Source: Octopus bimaculoides
Lineage: Eukaryota
Reading direction: 5' to 3'
Assembly (NCBI RefSeq): GCF_001194135.2
Contig: NC_068985.1
Location: forward strand, 9,545,944-9,609,943
Length of the DNA stretch: 64,000 bases
A program made the translations under genes and the position numbers. Below the pieces are notes generated by a model that was not told the DNA's origin, made no database searches, and worked only from the letters and a program-made list of their open reading frames with translations. Shown here in pieces: positions 39,691-51,885 of this stretch (the stretch's first letter is position 1; every line of letters starts with the position of its first letter).

Positions 39691-39985
39691 TACTATAAGT
39701 ATTTATCATATTTTGTTTCAATTTCTTTTATTTCTTAGTTTGGGGAGGGGCAATTCCATAGCTTTAAGAAGATACTGAAGACTGAAGAAAGCATTAAATT
39801 ACCAAAATCAGAACATTGAATCAAAAACTTGAAATGTTAGTGTTTAGTTTCAGAGAAGGAAAAAATGGCTGAAAAGACAAAACGGGACATGCAATATCGG
39901 ACTGACTTGGTCCTTCAACTTAAGTACCTGATTCCACTGAATCTTAATTATTCTTAACTCATTAACCAAACCTATATATATGAGG

Positions 39986-40028
<43 letters not shown>

Positions 40029-40749
40029 TCTATAACAAATGCTATGGGCTAGTATTCAACATAACTAAATTTGGAGAATGTATAATTATCAATTATGTTT
40101 CACATAATAAAATCCAAGTGATATATATTGTATATGGTGCGAATGTAGTTTCTTTACAAACTGGCCTTTGGTCTTTGGTGTAAGTCATCAGACCCCACTT
40201 TACGTGATAACCATTCATTAACTTATGTAAATATAGACACAAATGAAAGCACAAGGTGATGGCTAACCTTATAACATAACCAAAACTTCTGTACATTTTA
40301 CAAATAATATGTAAATAATACACAACATCCATTTTCGCCAATACAATTTTCCTAATACTCTTTCTTTGTATGCTTTCAATGACATAAATTATAGCTGCAG
40401 CATTGCATATAGATGCAATATTTGATGCAACTTATGTTTCAACAATCATTCGGCACAGCTAAGATGTTTTTGCTTTTACTTTGTATCACAACTAATGAAT
40501 AATAGCACTATCGGTTACAACTGTCCAACTGCCAGTCAAGCCTTGCTTACTTGGATTGTCTCAAAGCACTAAAGCTCTCTTCTCTACAACACCACTATGA
40601 AATGTTATACTGCCTGTGTAGAATGTACCATCAGAATTACTCAAACAACGTGAGTATCAAGTTTTAAAAATTACTCATTACAACACATTATGACTTAGAG
40701 ACTTCACTAGGCAAAGTCTTTTTTAGACATAGCCTGGGCACAATTAACT

Positions 40750-41010
40750 GAGTGAGTGAGTGTTCATGTGGAGGAGCGAATGAGTGAGTGTTCATGTGGA
40801 GGAGCGAATGAGTGAGTGTTCATGTGGAGGAGCGAATGAGTGAGTGTTCATGTGGAGGTNNNNNNNNNNNNNGTGAGTGAGTGTTCATGTGGAGGAGCGA
40901 ATGAGTGAGTGTTCATGTGGAGGAGCGAATGAGTGAGTGTTCATGTGGAGGAGCGAATGAGTGAGTGTTCATGTGGAGGAGCGAATGAGTGAGTGTTCAT
41001 GTGGAGGTGT
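40750..41010. repeat. 28-bp minisatellite GAGTGAGTGTTCATGTGGAGGAGCGAAT split by a 13-N gap
   Basis: 3 full units plus a partial unit left of the gap, 4 full units plus a partial unit right of it. Confidence 0.95.
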
Positions 41011-41059
41011 CCAAGGACTAAACAACAGCAACATCAGGTTTCTTACAATTAAAATTCAT

Positions 41060-41430
41060 GTTATGTAGGTAACCAACAACTTAGTTTTACAGCTCATTGT
41101 AAGCCGAATACAGAAGTATTTTCCAACTGAAAACAGCCACCACAAAATCTTTAAAAAGATCTCCATGAAAATTAACTGCAGCAGCGGTGCTAACATTAAG
41201 AATCTGATTTATGACAACAGAAGAAATTACATCAACATCCTTTTGTCATATAACCAGCTGTAATGCAACTGTACCAATACTAACTCATGCCTTCTTGATG
41301 GCAAATGCCTCAGCAAGGAATTGAAACACTGTGCTTAAATGACAAACCACAGAAAAGAATCTATTTTAGTGGCTATGATTGTCACTATGACTAGATCTGA
41401 ACTTGATCTTATAAAAAGCACCTTGAACAA
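41060..41430 (+). mobile_element. Decayed Penelope-like element, RT C-terminus to GIY-YIG linker
   Basis: The frame from 41108 reads IQKYFPTENSHHKIFKKISMKINCSSGANIKNLI...*CNCTNTNSCLLDGKCL, matching the Penelope pattern HFP....LHKIFNRNTVK.SYSC..N...CNC....CPL.GKCL. Confidence 0.75.
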
Positions 41431-41489
41431 ATGTTGACCAATATCTGCCATTATATGTGTGCATGCATGTCCTGTCGGTGTTTGTGTTT

Positions 41490-41700
41490 GGCAGAATCAT
41501 TAGCATGCCAAACAAAATGCCTCGTGGCATTGCTTCTGGCTTTGCATTCTGAGTTCAATTTTTGTCAATGTCAACTCTACCTTTCACCTTTTCAGGGTCA
41601 ATGAAGTAAGTACCAGATGATCCCGGCGGGTTGATGTAATCAGCTAGCTCCCTCACTCAGAACTTCAGACCTTGTGCCTGTAGTAGAAACAATTATTATT
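41490..41700 (+). mobile_element. Meta-domain-like SINE (diverged)
   Basis: Family motifs recognisable; lies tail-to-tail with the next copy. Confidence 0.7.
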
Positions 41701-41947
41701 CGTTTCAAATTTAGACACAAGGCCTGCAATTTCGAGAAGGGGTTAGGTCGATTACATCAACTGGTCCTTATTTTATCAACCCCGAAAGGATGAAAGGCAA
41801 AGCCAACTTCAGTTGCATCTGAACTCAGAACATAAAGATGGACAAAATGAAGACACTAAGCATTTTGCCCACGGGCATATGGTGTAGTAGTTAAGAGCGC
41901 GGGTTACTAACCCCAAGATTCCAAGTTCGATTCCAGGCAGTGACTTA

Positions 41948-41982
<35 letters not shown>

Positions 41983-41996
41983 TAATAATAATAATA

Positions 41997-42263
41997 ATGT
42001 GGAATCTAAAAACAGAAACAATTCCTATTATAGTAGGTGCCTTAGGTATAATAAAAAAATATTCAGACAAATACATAACAAAAACACCAGGACTTACAAA
42101 TATATATAACATACAGAAAATTGCACTACTGGGCACAGCACACATCCTACGCAAAACACTTTCAATACAGTAACCATAAGAGCACCACAGCACATACCCA
42201 AGGCACACAGAGCTGCGCTCGGTAGTGAAGTGAAAGCACGTTATAAAAATAAAACTACTGAAC
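41997..42263 (+). mobile_element. 5'-truncated R4/Dong-like non-LTR retrotransposon (C-terminus and 3' UTR) inserted in (AAT)n
   Basis: MWNLKTETIPIIVGALGII...IQKIALLGTAHILRKTLSIQ* matches the restriction-like-endonuclease LINE C-terminus (IPIV.GALG...QK..LLGTA.ILRK.L); AAT repeats flank both sides. Confidence 0.75.
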
Positions 42264-42338
42264 AATAATAATAATAATAATAATAATAACATCAAAAAAT
42301 ACCTTAGGAATCAGAACCTAGGTTCGAAATTTCCCCAA

Positions 42339-42384
42339 GACACCTGATGAAGGCTGGAGGGTATATCAGTTGAAATGTTGTGTT
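42339..42384 (+). ncRNA. Second copy of the minimal hammerhead motif, with C-to-T changes
   Basis: Core CTGATGA/GAAA intact; stem II GGCTG/CAGTT has two G-U pairs; stem III is ATGT. Confidence 0.55.
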
Positions 42385-42560
42385 AACAACAAACAAGATG
42401 AGGACAAATATCCGTCAAATGTAAATAATGTACATAATTCCTCAACTCCCAAATATAGAACTGTACTAAGCATTTTACCTAGCATGCTAACAATTCTGCC
42501 AACTCGCTGCCTTAGAAAGAATTATTAATATTGCATGGTGAGTACTCTTTACATGTGTGT

Positions 42561-42614
<54 letters not shown>

Positions 42615-43903
42615 ATGTACAGCTGTGATATTTGAAGATGACAGGAGATTTCCCAAATGTAACAACAGTTAATTTGTTGAACAAGCAAGATGAAAATAAA
42701 TGCTTTCAAATAATGTATATAAAAAGATATATATGCAAACAATGAAAATCTCAAGGATCAGAAATATGGATTATTAATCACAAGAAACAACTAGAGACAT
42801 CTGGATAATAACATCGAATGAAATATGCCTATTTAATTGCCTCTTTAATTAAAAAAGAGACAGCCTTAGTTTGACAGGTATAAAAAAATCCCAATGTACA
42901 ATCAAAATTAATCTGCCATCTGGAAATTATTAAAAGGCTTAACCAAATTTTGTTGTGTCTTGAGAGTGTCATGATGCCAATAATAACACCTGCACAGGTT
43001 CAGTTCCACTTCTTCATTGTTAGTCAATTGGTTGAATATCTTACCGTAAATTCACATCAAGAATCTTGCAAACAAAATACAAAATCAACTTTTGACACAA
43101 GGTTAGCATTTCAGGGAAGGGGGTAAGTTGACCTCATTGACCACCACCCCCGTGCTCAACAGGTACTTATTTTCATCAACTCTGAAAGGGCAAAAAATAA
43201 AAATCAACCTCAGTGGAAACTGAACTCAGAATGTAAAGAGCCAATATCGGATGTATTATTCAATAAATATTTGCAAAATTTTAAATAGAGAAATAATAAA
43301 AATTTATCAGCAAAAAATAACAATAACACTAACATTCTACTAAGGATTTGTGTTTTTATTGTTTTATATTCTTGATTATGAGATGGACTGCTTTCGTAAA
43401 GGGAGAAATGTTACTGGTAGATTGAGATTACTCAGTGTTACTACTTCGAGTTACACAAATATTTTTGATAATAGGTCTGTTCATATGGAAGTGTCCTAGG
43501 GTCGAACGACAACAAGTTTCCTACAACTAGAATCCATGTTGCATTTGCAGCCAACAAGTTATTTTGCAGCTCTTATCTCTTATTTTAAATCAACTTCGAA
43601 ACCCAAAGTAAAACTAACCAATTAATTGGGCCATTTCAGCAACTAATTTAGCTTCTGGAAAAAAAAAAAAAATTCTTTAAATATTAAGAATATAAAAAAT
43701 TCCATTGCCACGGTAGCTACATAGATGCTGCTGAAAAAAAGGAGAAAAACGGAATCAGCATCTACTCCAGGCTTGAAAATATTCCAATTATTTGGTATTT
43801 GGCAATCATCATTATCATTGGTGGTATGCTGATAAAGGATTACATATATTATGTGTATATATGTATGAATATATAAACACACACACATACATATGTATAT
43901 ATA

Positions 43904-44289
43904 CAGTGATTTCTTGCAGTATGAGTTTAATTCGTTCCATGACTGAGCTCGTCTTATGATTTACTCGTTTTACATATTAATTTTCCCCCATTGAAATTAA
44001 AATATAATTAATCCATTCCAGCCCCACAAAAAACACTCCAAAATAATTTTTCATGAGTTTTTGTAAAGAAAAGGTGTAGTTACATGTAAAATGATAATTA
44101 TAAAAAAAAAGCGAATGCAAAAGAAATATGTAAACTGGTTTTATTAACTGAATTACCTCAAAGATGGGACGATTTATGTGCTCTTACTGCGGATTTCCAC
44201 TTGTACTTCAAAACAAAAATTCGCACAAGTCTCAGCTCGTACAGCAAATTGCCTGTACAATGGGGCACTCATACTGCGAGGTTCTACTG
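43904..44289. mobile_element. Tc1/mariner-pogo (Tigger-like) MITE
   Basis: TA|CAGTGATTTCTTGCAGTATGAGT at the left versus ACTCATACTGCGAGGTTCTACTG|TA at the right; TA target. Confidence 0.7.
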
Positions 44290-45890
44290 TATATATAATG
44301 TATATATGTGTGTATGTATATATAGTCATCATCATCATCATTTAACATCCGCTTACCATGCTAGCATGGGTTGGATGATTTGACTGAGGACTGGCGAACC
44401 AGATGGCTGCACCAGGTTCCAATCTGGCATTAGGAAGGGCATCCAACCATAGTAACCTTGCCAAAACGGACAACTGAAGTCTGGTACAGCCTTCTGATTC
44501 ACCAGCTTCCGTCAAACTGTCTGACCCATGCCAGCATGTAAAATAAGCATTGGATGATGATGATCATGTTGATGATGATGATGATGATCATGTTGATGAT
44601 GATGATGATGATCATGATGAGTGAATGAATTAATGAATGAATGAAAATAGATGAACTTTATGTTTGACAGAGTAATATCGAAATGCTAACGGGTTAATCC
44701 AGTGGATGTGGTTGGCCAGATTAGCGGAGGTTTAGTTAATTTGGCAGGAAATGAATCTTCTTCCTGAGATTCATTTATTCTTTACTTTAGTTTCCCCGAC
44801 AACACTTGTATCCCAGTTTTGCACAAATATTCTTCATTGCACCAGTCTGGTTATTTTCATAAATCCCAACAGTATCAAATCAATGACATTGGGTTGTTAG
44901 TGGTAAACAATTGCTGGTATCAATTAAGAGACAGATAAGAACATTCTGTTTTATTGAACAAACATTTTTGTTTATCATGAAATACATATCAGCTTCAGGA
45001 AAGCAGAAATAATATCATTTAGTCACTGGGGGGAAAACTTTTGATACAAATAATTAACATCACCACTAAGATAATTAACTAAAATATCAAGGAAAAAAAT
45101 ACAAAATACAAGGAAAAACAAGCAACAAAACAAAAACATTGTAGCCCAGTAGATTATATTTTCATTAAAATTTGGTCTGCCAAAGGCAATTGTGTCGATG
45201 TTAGAATTGTATTTACTAAAGAACTTTAAAATATTTCAGTGTGGAAAAGGAAACAGCAAAATGCTTAATAGAGGTGAATAATAGGGGTAAAAGAAAAAGA
45301 AACAAAAGCTGCTACCACTGTTAAATTAGTCATTAATTACATTGTCCTCTTAATTAGTGACTAATTAGAGAATTCTTCATATTGTACGATATTATAGCTT
45401 AATAGGAGCGTCTTCCTTTTTTGTCGCATTTTATGGTGAAACCAAAGTAGATAAACGCTGACTGTTAAACTGATAATCAAATATGCTAACATACTGACAT
45501 TCTTGGGAGAATATTAATCGATTCTGTATTGAAACAAATTCCTTTGATTCTGCAACATCTAAGTCAACATGTGATTCTGTGAAAACCAACATTCTAAGAT
45601 GCAGAAAATCAAACTGGTGAATCAAATTATTAATGCTATCATCATCATTATCATCAGCATCACTACTACCGACTCCAATGTTTCTAGAACCTCCTATTAA
45701 TCTACTATCTAGTTATTTTCCACAACGATATAACAGTAGGACTACTTCTTTGGTTAAACCTTCCTCTTTATCCTTTCAACTGACCCTTATACAATTGTCA
45801 ATGCCACATTACAAATCTCTTTGCATCAGTGATTCTCAACAAGGTTCCATATGACCTTTGAGGGTCCATATAAGATTTCATTGTTGAAAC

Positions 45891-46187
45891 CAGGGCTGTG
45901 GAGTCAAGAGTTGTGGAGTCAAAAGTTGTGGAGTCAGAGTCGGAAACAATTAAGGGGTAACTGGAGTCAGACTCAGTAAAACTACACCGACTCTGACTCA
46001 CAATATCTTTATTCTTTAATATAAACCAGTTATAACACACAGGCCTACTCAAAGTACAAGTGTATGCATATGTTTTATGAGATATGTGGACCACAATCAC
46101 TTAATTACATAAAGAGGAGTCAGAGTCAGAGATGCCAATAGTAGAGGAGTCGGAGTCAAAGTTTTTTGTTTCGACTCTACAGCCCTG
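45891..46187. mobile_element. hAT-like MITE with internal GGAGTC repeats
   Basis: CAGGGCTGTGGAGTC...GACTCTACAGCCCTG; 8-bp flanks GTTGAAAC/GTTAAAAC (7/8 match). Confidence 0.8.
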
Positions 46188-46548
46188 GTTAAAACTTGGG
46201 TGCAATAAACTGGTTATATTTTTATGGTACACAAAAATATTTTAACAACTTTTTTATACAATTCCTAATAATATTTGATTACAAAAATTACAATCTGACT
46301 TTTCAAGACATCAAATAGCTTTGTGGGGTTCATCTGAGTAAAACAGAAATCAAAGTGGTCCTGATCAGGTATCTTACTTCTGTCTTACTATTTACTTAAG
46401 ATTCTTCATAATTTCATTCACCATGAACTGGTTTCAATCATTGGATCATGACCAAGATAGAACATTGCATTCAACAATTTTACTGTTTCATATTGATACT
46501 AATAGTTGTTTTATTCACCTCTAACAAATAGTGAACTTTTTACCTTAA

Positions 46549-46763
46549 CCCTTTCGTTACCAACCCGGCTGAAACTGGCTCTGAGTATAAATGTCTTGTT
46601 TTCATAAGTTTTGAATTAAAATCTTCCACCAAACCTTAGTCACAATTTATGCTCCTAACACTAACTTAATGATAATTTAGTTATTTTACTAAATTCTTTG
46701 TTATATTAAAAATTAATTGAAAGAAACACAGAACATCTCAACAAAAATATGGTCACAAAAGGG
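46549..46763. mobile_element. piggyBac-like MITE, family P1 (inverted relative to the 18.6-kb copies)
   Basis: TTAA|CCCTTTCGTTA...CACAAAAGGG|TTAA. Confidence 0.8.
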
Positions 46764-48054
46764 TTAAAATATATAATAGAGAAACAATTCAAATTAACGG
46801 AATTAACAGCAATAAACCGGTGTCCAGATATCATAAAAATAACATAAAAATGTAACATACAATAAACTTCCAAAATAACTGTGTTCATAATAATGAAAAA
46901 CTCAAGCAGAAGGTTCTTCTGAAAATAGTTGCACAGTAAGGTAGTTTTCTTCTTACTGTACAATTACCATATCATGAAACCATATTTATTACATAATACA
47001 CATAATCTAAAAATTTAGTATTGTTTTTTTTACTTTTTGTGTTTTGAAAATGCCTATTTATAATTTTTAAATATTTGCTCCCAACAACACAGCCAATAAA
47101 CATAGACTATTGTAGATTTATCAGCTCATAAAGTGGTATTCATTATATTGTATCTCTATTTCTTATTTACTTGTAAAACCTCCCCCACTGCACCTTTATT
47201 TACACAATAGATGCATTCAAAAAGAACTACCTCGACAACCTAAAATTCACCATTACAGTATCTCAAATATCTGAGATGTTATTTGAGAAGTTTACTGCAC
47301 CAGATTACACATAAAAATGTCATGATAATACAAGCAAAATCATTGACAGTCAAGTGTAGGAAATATAAAACAGACAGCTTAAAAGTTTACGTAAACCAAT
47401 AAATCAACAACCAAATGTTAAAGAGCAACTAAACGTTAATAATGATTTCGCTGTTTCACACATGAAGACTCACATCACTATGAAGTGAAGAAGACATGTT
47501 GCACACAAGAGCCTTATGTTAGAAATTTTATTGTGGTGTTGTAGGAAATTCACCTGACCTGCACCATCGTCATAACGGTCAACAGTTTGGAACAGCATCT
47601 GGTTGTCAAAATAATCCAACAAAGTAGTATGGTGAGAAATATCGCCGAATGTGTCAACAGACTCAGCAGATGAGCCAATAATGGAACCTATACACCAGTC
47701 ACAGGTGAACTGCAGTCCGTGGGTAGCCCACAAGGGTTTCTGAATGGCATGCCAAACAAGACATGTGGTATCATGATGAAAATGCTATCTATCAGTGGTT
47801 TGTTCAATGAGAGCTGACCGAGGGTTAAAAAGCTTAAAGGAAAAGGCCAACTTCATCAGCATGTAAAGGTGTGGAGGAAATTGAGACAGGACACCTGTTG
47901 GAGATAATCCCATGCAAAAAAGAGCAGAGGAATGAATGAATAGTAATTAGAACAAGTAAGAGCAGAAGAATGGAAGCAAAACCATCAATAGCAATGAAAG
48001 GAATGATAATCAGAACAGAAACAATAATAATAATAATAATAATAATAATCCTTT

Positions 48055-48260
48055 TTATTATAGGCACAAGGCCTGAAATTTTGGAGGATTGGGCTAGTCA
48101 ATTACATTGACCCTAGTGCCTGACTGGTACTCATTTTATTGACCCCGAAAGGATGAAAGGCAAAGTCGATCATGTTGGAATTTGAACTCAGAACATAGTG
48201 ACAGACAAAATACCGCTAAGCATTTTGCCCAGCTTCTGACAATTCTTCCAGCTCACCTCC
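48055..48260 (-). mobile_element. Meta-domain-like SINE
   Basis: Reverse-complement consensus flanked by (AAT)n. Confidence 0.75.
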
Positions 48261-49136
48261 TTAATAATAATAATTATTATCATTTCTACTCAAACACCCC
48301 CTCGCCCCCAAAAGTATGAAAATTTTAGTAGTCATTAGCTGGCAAATTTTGAATGAGGAGAATCAAGCACTGTTTGGTGCTAAATTCGAAACCAGGTATC
48401 AAAATTAACCAAAATTACTTTTGCTGAACTCAGCAGAGGTAAGACGATTTTATTATTCAGTGGAATTTTTTCCTACCATACTTGAAATTTATTTTGTGAC
48501 TATTCTGTAGCACAGAAGTATTTTTGACTTCTATTTTTAGTGATGCAGGTACTCATGTAGTATCCTTGTGTATATATATATATATTACTACACGCTCGGG
48601 GTGGCTGGTGTTAGGAAGGGCATCCAGCTGTAGAAATTCTGCCAAATCAGATTGGAGCCTGGTGTGGCCATCTGGCTCACCAGTCCTCAGTCAAATCGTC
48701 CAACCCATGCTAGCATGGAAAGTGGATGTTAAACGATGATGATATATATTTTCTTTTATTCTTTTGTTTCAGTCATTTGACTGTGGCCATGCTGGAGCAC
48801 CACTTTTAGTCGAACAAATCGACCCCAGGACTTATTCTCTGTAAGCTTAGTATTTATTCTATCAGTCTCTTTTGCCGAACCGCTAAGTAATGGGGCACAT
48901 AAACATACCAACATCGGTTGTCAAGTGATGGGGGGGNNNNNNNNNNNNNNNNNNNNNNNNNNNNNNNNNNNNNNNNNNNNNNNNNNNNNNNNNNNNNNNN
49001 NNNNNNNNTATATGTAGAGATATATATATACGACAGACTTCTTTCAGTTTCAGTCTACCAAATCCACTGACAAGGCTTTGGTCGGACTGAGGCTATAGTA
49101 GAAGACACTTGCCGAAGGGACGAAACTGAAAGAAAC

Positions 49137-49178
<42 letters not shown>

Positions 49179-49813
49179 ACCACCACCATTTGACAACAGG
49201 TGTTGGTGTGTTTACATCCTTAGCTTAGCAGTTCAGCAAATCAAAATGATAGAATGAGTATCATGTTTTTAAAAAAAGAAATAATCGTACTGGGGTTAAT
49301 TTGTTTGACTCAAAATTCTTCAAGCAGTGCTCCAGCATGGCTGCAGTCTAATGACTGAAGCAAGCAAAAAATAAAAGATATTTACCAGAAACTTCTGAGC
49401 ATATCATTAATACCAATGCAGCAAACTAACTCCAACAAATACTGTGTTATTTAGAAGTGAAGGAAACAACTAACAGCCTTACAAAGAGATAACAAACTAT
49501 GGACTAGCGTTACTTCAAATGAAACATCAACATTATATTCAAAAATCATAAACATGATTTCCTTACCAATCCCAAATGCTGACTAATATTGTAGATTCTA
49601 TCAATTTGGTTGTAGCATTAAACAGGTCACTACTGTTCAGTTCTGGAATAATAGGATATCTATCCTACCATCTTGTAGTTCAGTAATGTAGATAATGAGC
49701 CTTTTTTTTTTTCCTTTTTTTTAAATTTATTTATGCTGTGTGACATAGCAGTTCTCTGGTTTTGTCCCGATTAGTGATTCTAGCATTAATTAATATGCAA
49801 GCAAGGAAGTCTG

Positions 49814-50382
49814 GGATCTATTTTAAAACGGGGGCCATATTTTTCATTAATGTTTTACGTAGTGTTTTTGGTACCGAAAGACTTTCAAACTTCGTATACT
49901 TATCTATTTTGTGTTATAGAACAGAAAAATATTTTTGTATTCGAATTTATTTCATGTAAAAAATTGTCTTATTTCGATAATTTCAACCAATCACTGACAA
50001 GTATTCAGTTGTTTACATTCACTCCTTTGGCTGATTAGGCGATGTAAAGCGTATTTAATCTCCATACCTTCGTTTTATTTGCTTTTTTCATTTTAAATTT
50101 GCTTTAACCCTAACCCTAACCCTAAGGTTAGGGTTAGGGTTAATTGTTTCAGAATCGTTTGTTTATGTAGTCGGCACTTAATGTATATCGGCTGAATGGA
50201 CGTCAGTGATTGGTTGAAATTACAGAAATACGACAACTTTAACATGGAATAACTTATGGATTTCTTTTTTTTTTAAAGAAGACTAAGAGAAAAAGATGTT
50301 TTATATGACACATTCTACCAGTGTTCCAAGTTTCAAAGTGTTTCGTTAATGAAAAATGTGGCCCCCATTTTAAAAAAGATCC
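49814..50382. mobile_element. TIR element with a central (TAACCC)n/(GGGTTA)n palindrome, copy 1
   Basis: ~36-bp TIR GGATCT.TTTTAAAA.GGGG(G)CCA.ATTTTTCATTAA; flanks GAAGTCTG/GAAGTCTT; telomeric core at 50105-50142. Confidence 0.85.
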
Positions 50383-50485
50383 GAAGTCTTCGCTATTTTA
50401 TAATTTGTTTGGAGTTCAGCATGTCAGCCAAATATTGTTTGATGTAACTCAAGGATCCCATGATACAGACGAAGTTTGTGAATTG

Positions 50486-50720
50486 ACAGCGAGCTAGCAG
50501 AACCGTTAGCACACCGGGTGAAATGCTTAGCGGTATTTCGTCTGTCTTTTCTTTCTGAGTTCAAATTCCGCCAAGTTCGACTTTGCCTTTCATCCTTTCG
50601 GGGTCGATTAAATAAGTACCAGTTACGCAATGGGGTCGATATAATCGACTTAATCCGTTTGTCTGTCCTTGTTTGTCCCCTCTTTGTGTAACCCCTTGTG
50701 GGCAGTAAAGAAATAAGAAT
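50486..50720 (+). mobile_element. Meta-domain-like SINE, alternative-tail subfamily
   Basis: See 25530-25745. Confidence 0.8.
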
Positions 50721-51482
50721 GTATATTTTAAATTTGCTGCAGAACAGCTTCTGTTCTATAAAGTTTGGTTGACCATGCAATGGAATTTATTACAAAAGGT
50801 GGTTATCAACAGATTAATGTAATTAGAATTAAAGATTACAGTTAATGCAAATCAAAGTGTAATTAATTTATTAGATATAATTCTAGATTTAAATATTACA
50901 CTATAAATCCCACAAGAAATTTCAGTACATTAATATAAATTCCAGTCAAATTCTGATAGTCATAAAAGACTTAATGACAACAATAAGTGCATATTCTCTA
51001 ATAAGGTACCCTATTATCATGCTGCACATTATTACAAATGCAGTGGCTTTAAAGATATAATGTATTGCATACAACACAAATATTCATAGATGTTAAAATA
51101 GGAAGGGAAATATTACATGGTATCATCTTTCCTACAGTTTAAATATGCATTTTAATGTCAGCAGAATTTTCCCATAAGTAAGCATTTTACTAAACACCAT
51201 AGATATCATAAAGTCTTCAATAAAAATGTTAAAGGGAACTACAGTTGCACCAAAAACTTAGCTTCTACACCCTGTATAAACAAATGAAACACTTCCTGTT
51301 ATGAACACATTAAATTCTTCCTCTGTACATAATTGTAACAACCATATCTGCCCTGTGTCTTTCTGAAGCATTAGTTCACTGAGCTAGTCTTTTGAAAATA
51401 CCGATAAAACACTAAGCTATAGAGAGTTCACTAAAAATCAGTTTAAAAATGGATCCTCTCAAAAATGGACACTCACTATAGG

Positions 51483-51885
51483 TGCAGGAGTGGCTGTGTG
51501 GTAAGTAGCTTGCTTACCAACCACATGGTTCCAGGTTCAGTCCCACTGTGTGGTATCTTGGGCAAGTGTCTTCTACTATAGCTTCGGGTCGACCAAAACC
51601 TTGTGAGTGGATTTGGTAGACGGAAACTGAAAGAAGCCCATCGTATATATGTATATATATGTGTGTGTGTGTTTGTGTGTCTGTGTTTGTCCCCCCCCCC
51701 CCAACATCGCTTGACAACCGATACTGGTGTGTTAACGTCCCCATAACTTAGTGGTTCGGCAAAAGAGACTGATAGAATAAGAACTAGGCTTACAAAGAAT
51801 AAGTCCTGGGGTCGATTTGCTCAACTAAAGGCAGTGCTCCAGCATGGCCACAGTCAAAGGACTGAAACAAGTAAAAGAGTAAAAA
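51483..51885 (+). mobile_element. Full-length CORE-like SINE (best reference copy of about 30 in the window)
   Basis: tRNA-like head, CORE-like motif, internal (TA)n(TG)n, tail ending GACTGAAACAAGTAAAAGA. Confidence 0.88.

Larger units (their letters stand above)
41871..42464 (+). mobile_element. Full-length tRNA-headed SINE with an (AAT)n linker and a hammerhead-bearing tail
   Basis: A box TGGTGTAGTAG at 41880-41890, B box GTTCGATTCC at 41925-41934, (AAT)n, tail shared with 24760-24951, 15-bp target-site duplication (14/15 match). Confidence 0.75.
41701..42512 (-). mobile_element. Meta-domain-like SINE split into 41701-41870 and 42465-42512 by an insertion
   Basis: The reverse-complement consensus resumes after the insert; ACTAAGCATTTT(G/A)CC is duplicated at 41855-41869 and 42465-42479. 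Confidence 0.75.

Noticed and set aside
43045-43064. Possible 20-nt 5' UTR micro-exon of WDFY3 (AAG acceptor, GTAAGA donor, minus strand)
   Set aside because: The AAG acceptor is weak and such motif pairs arise by chance; it needs RNA evidence.
47470-47960. ~100-codon minus ORF and a stop-interrupted plus frame (KGQLHQHVKVWRKL)
   Set aside because: No convincing match to WDFY3 or any family I can name; possibly an old TE, unassignable by eye.
50105-50142. Telomeric head-to-head repeats as an ancestral chromosome fusion site
   Set aside because: They are short and sit at the same position inside two copies of a TIR element, so they belong to the transposon.
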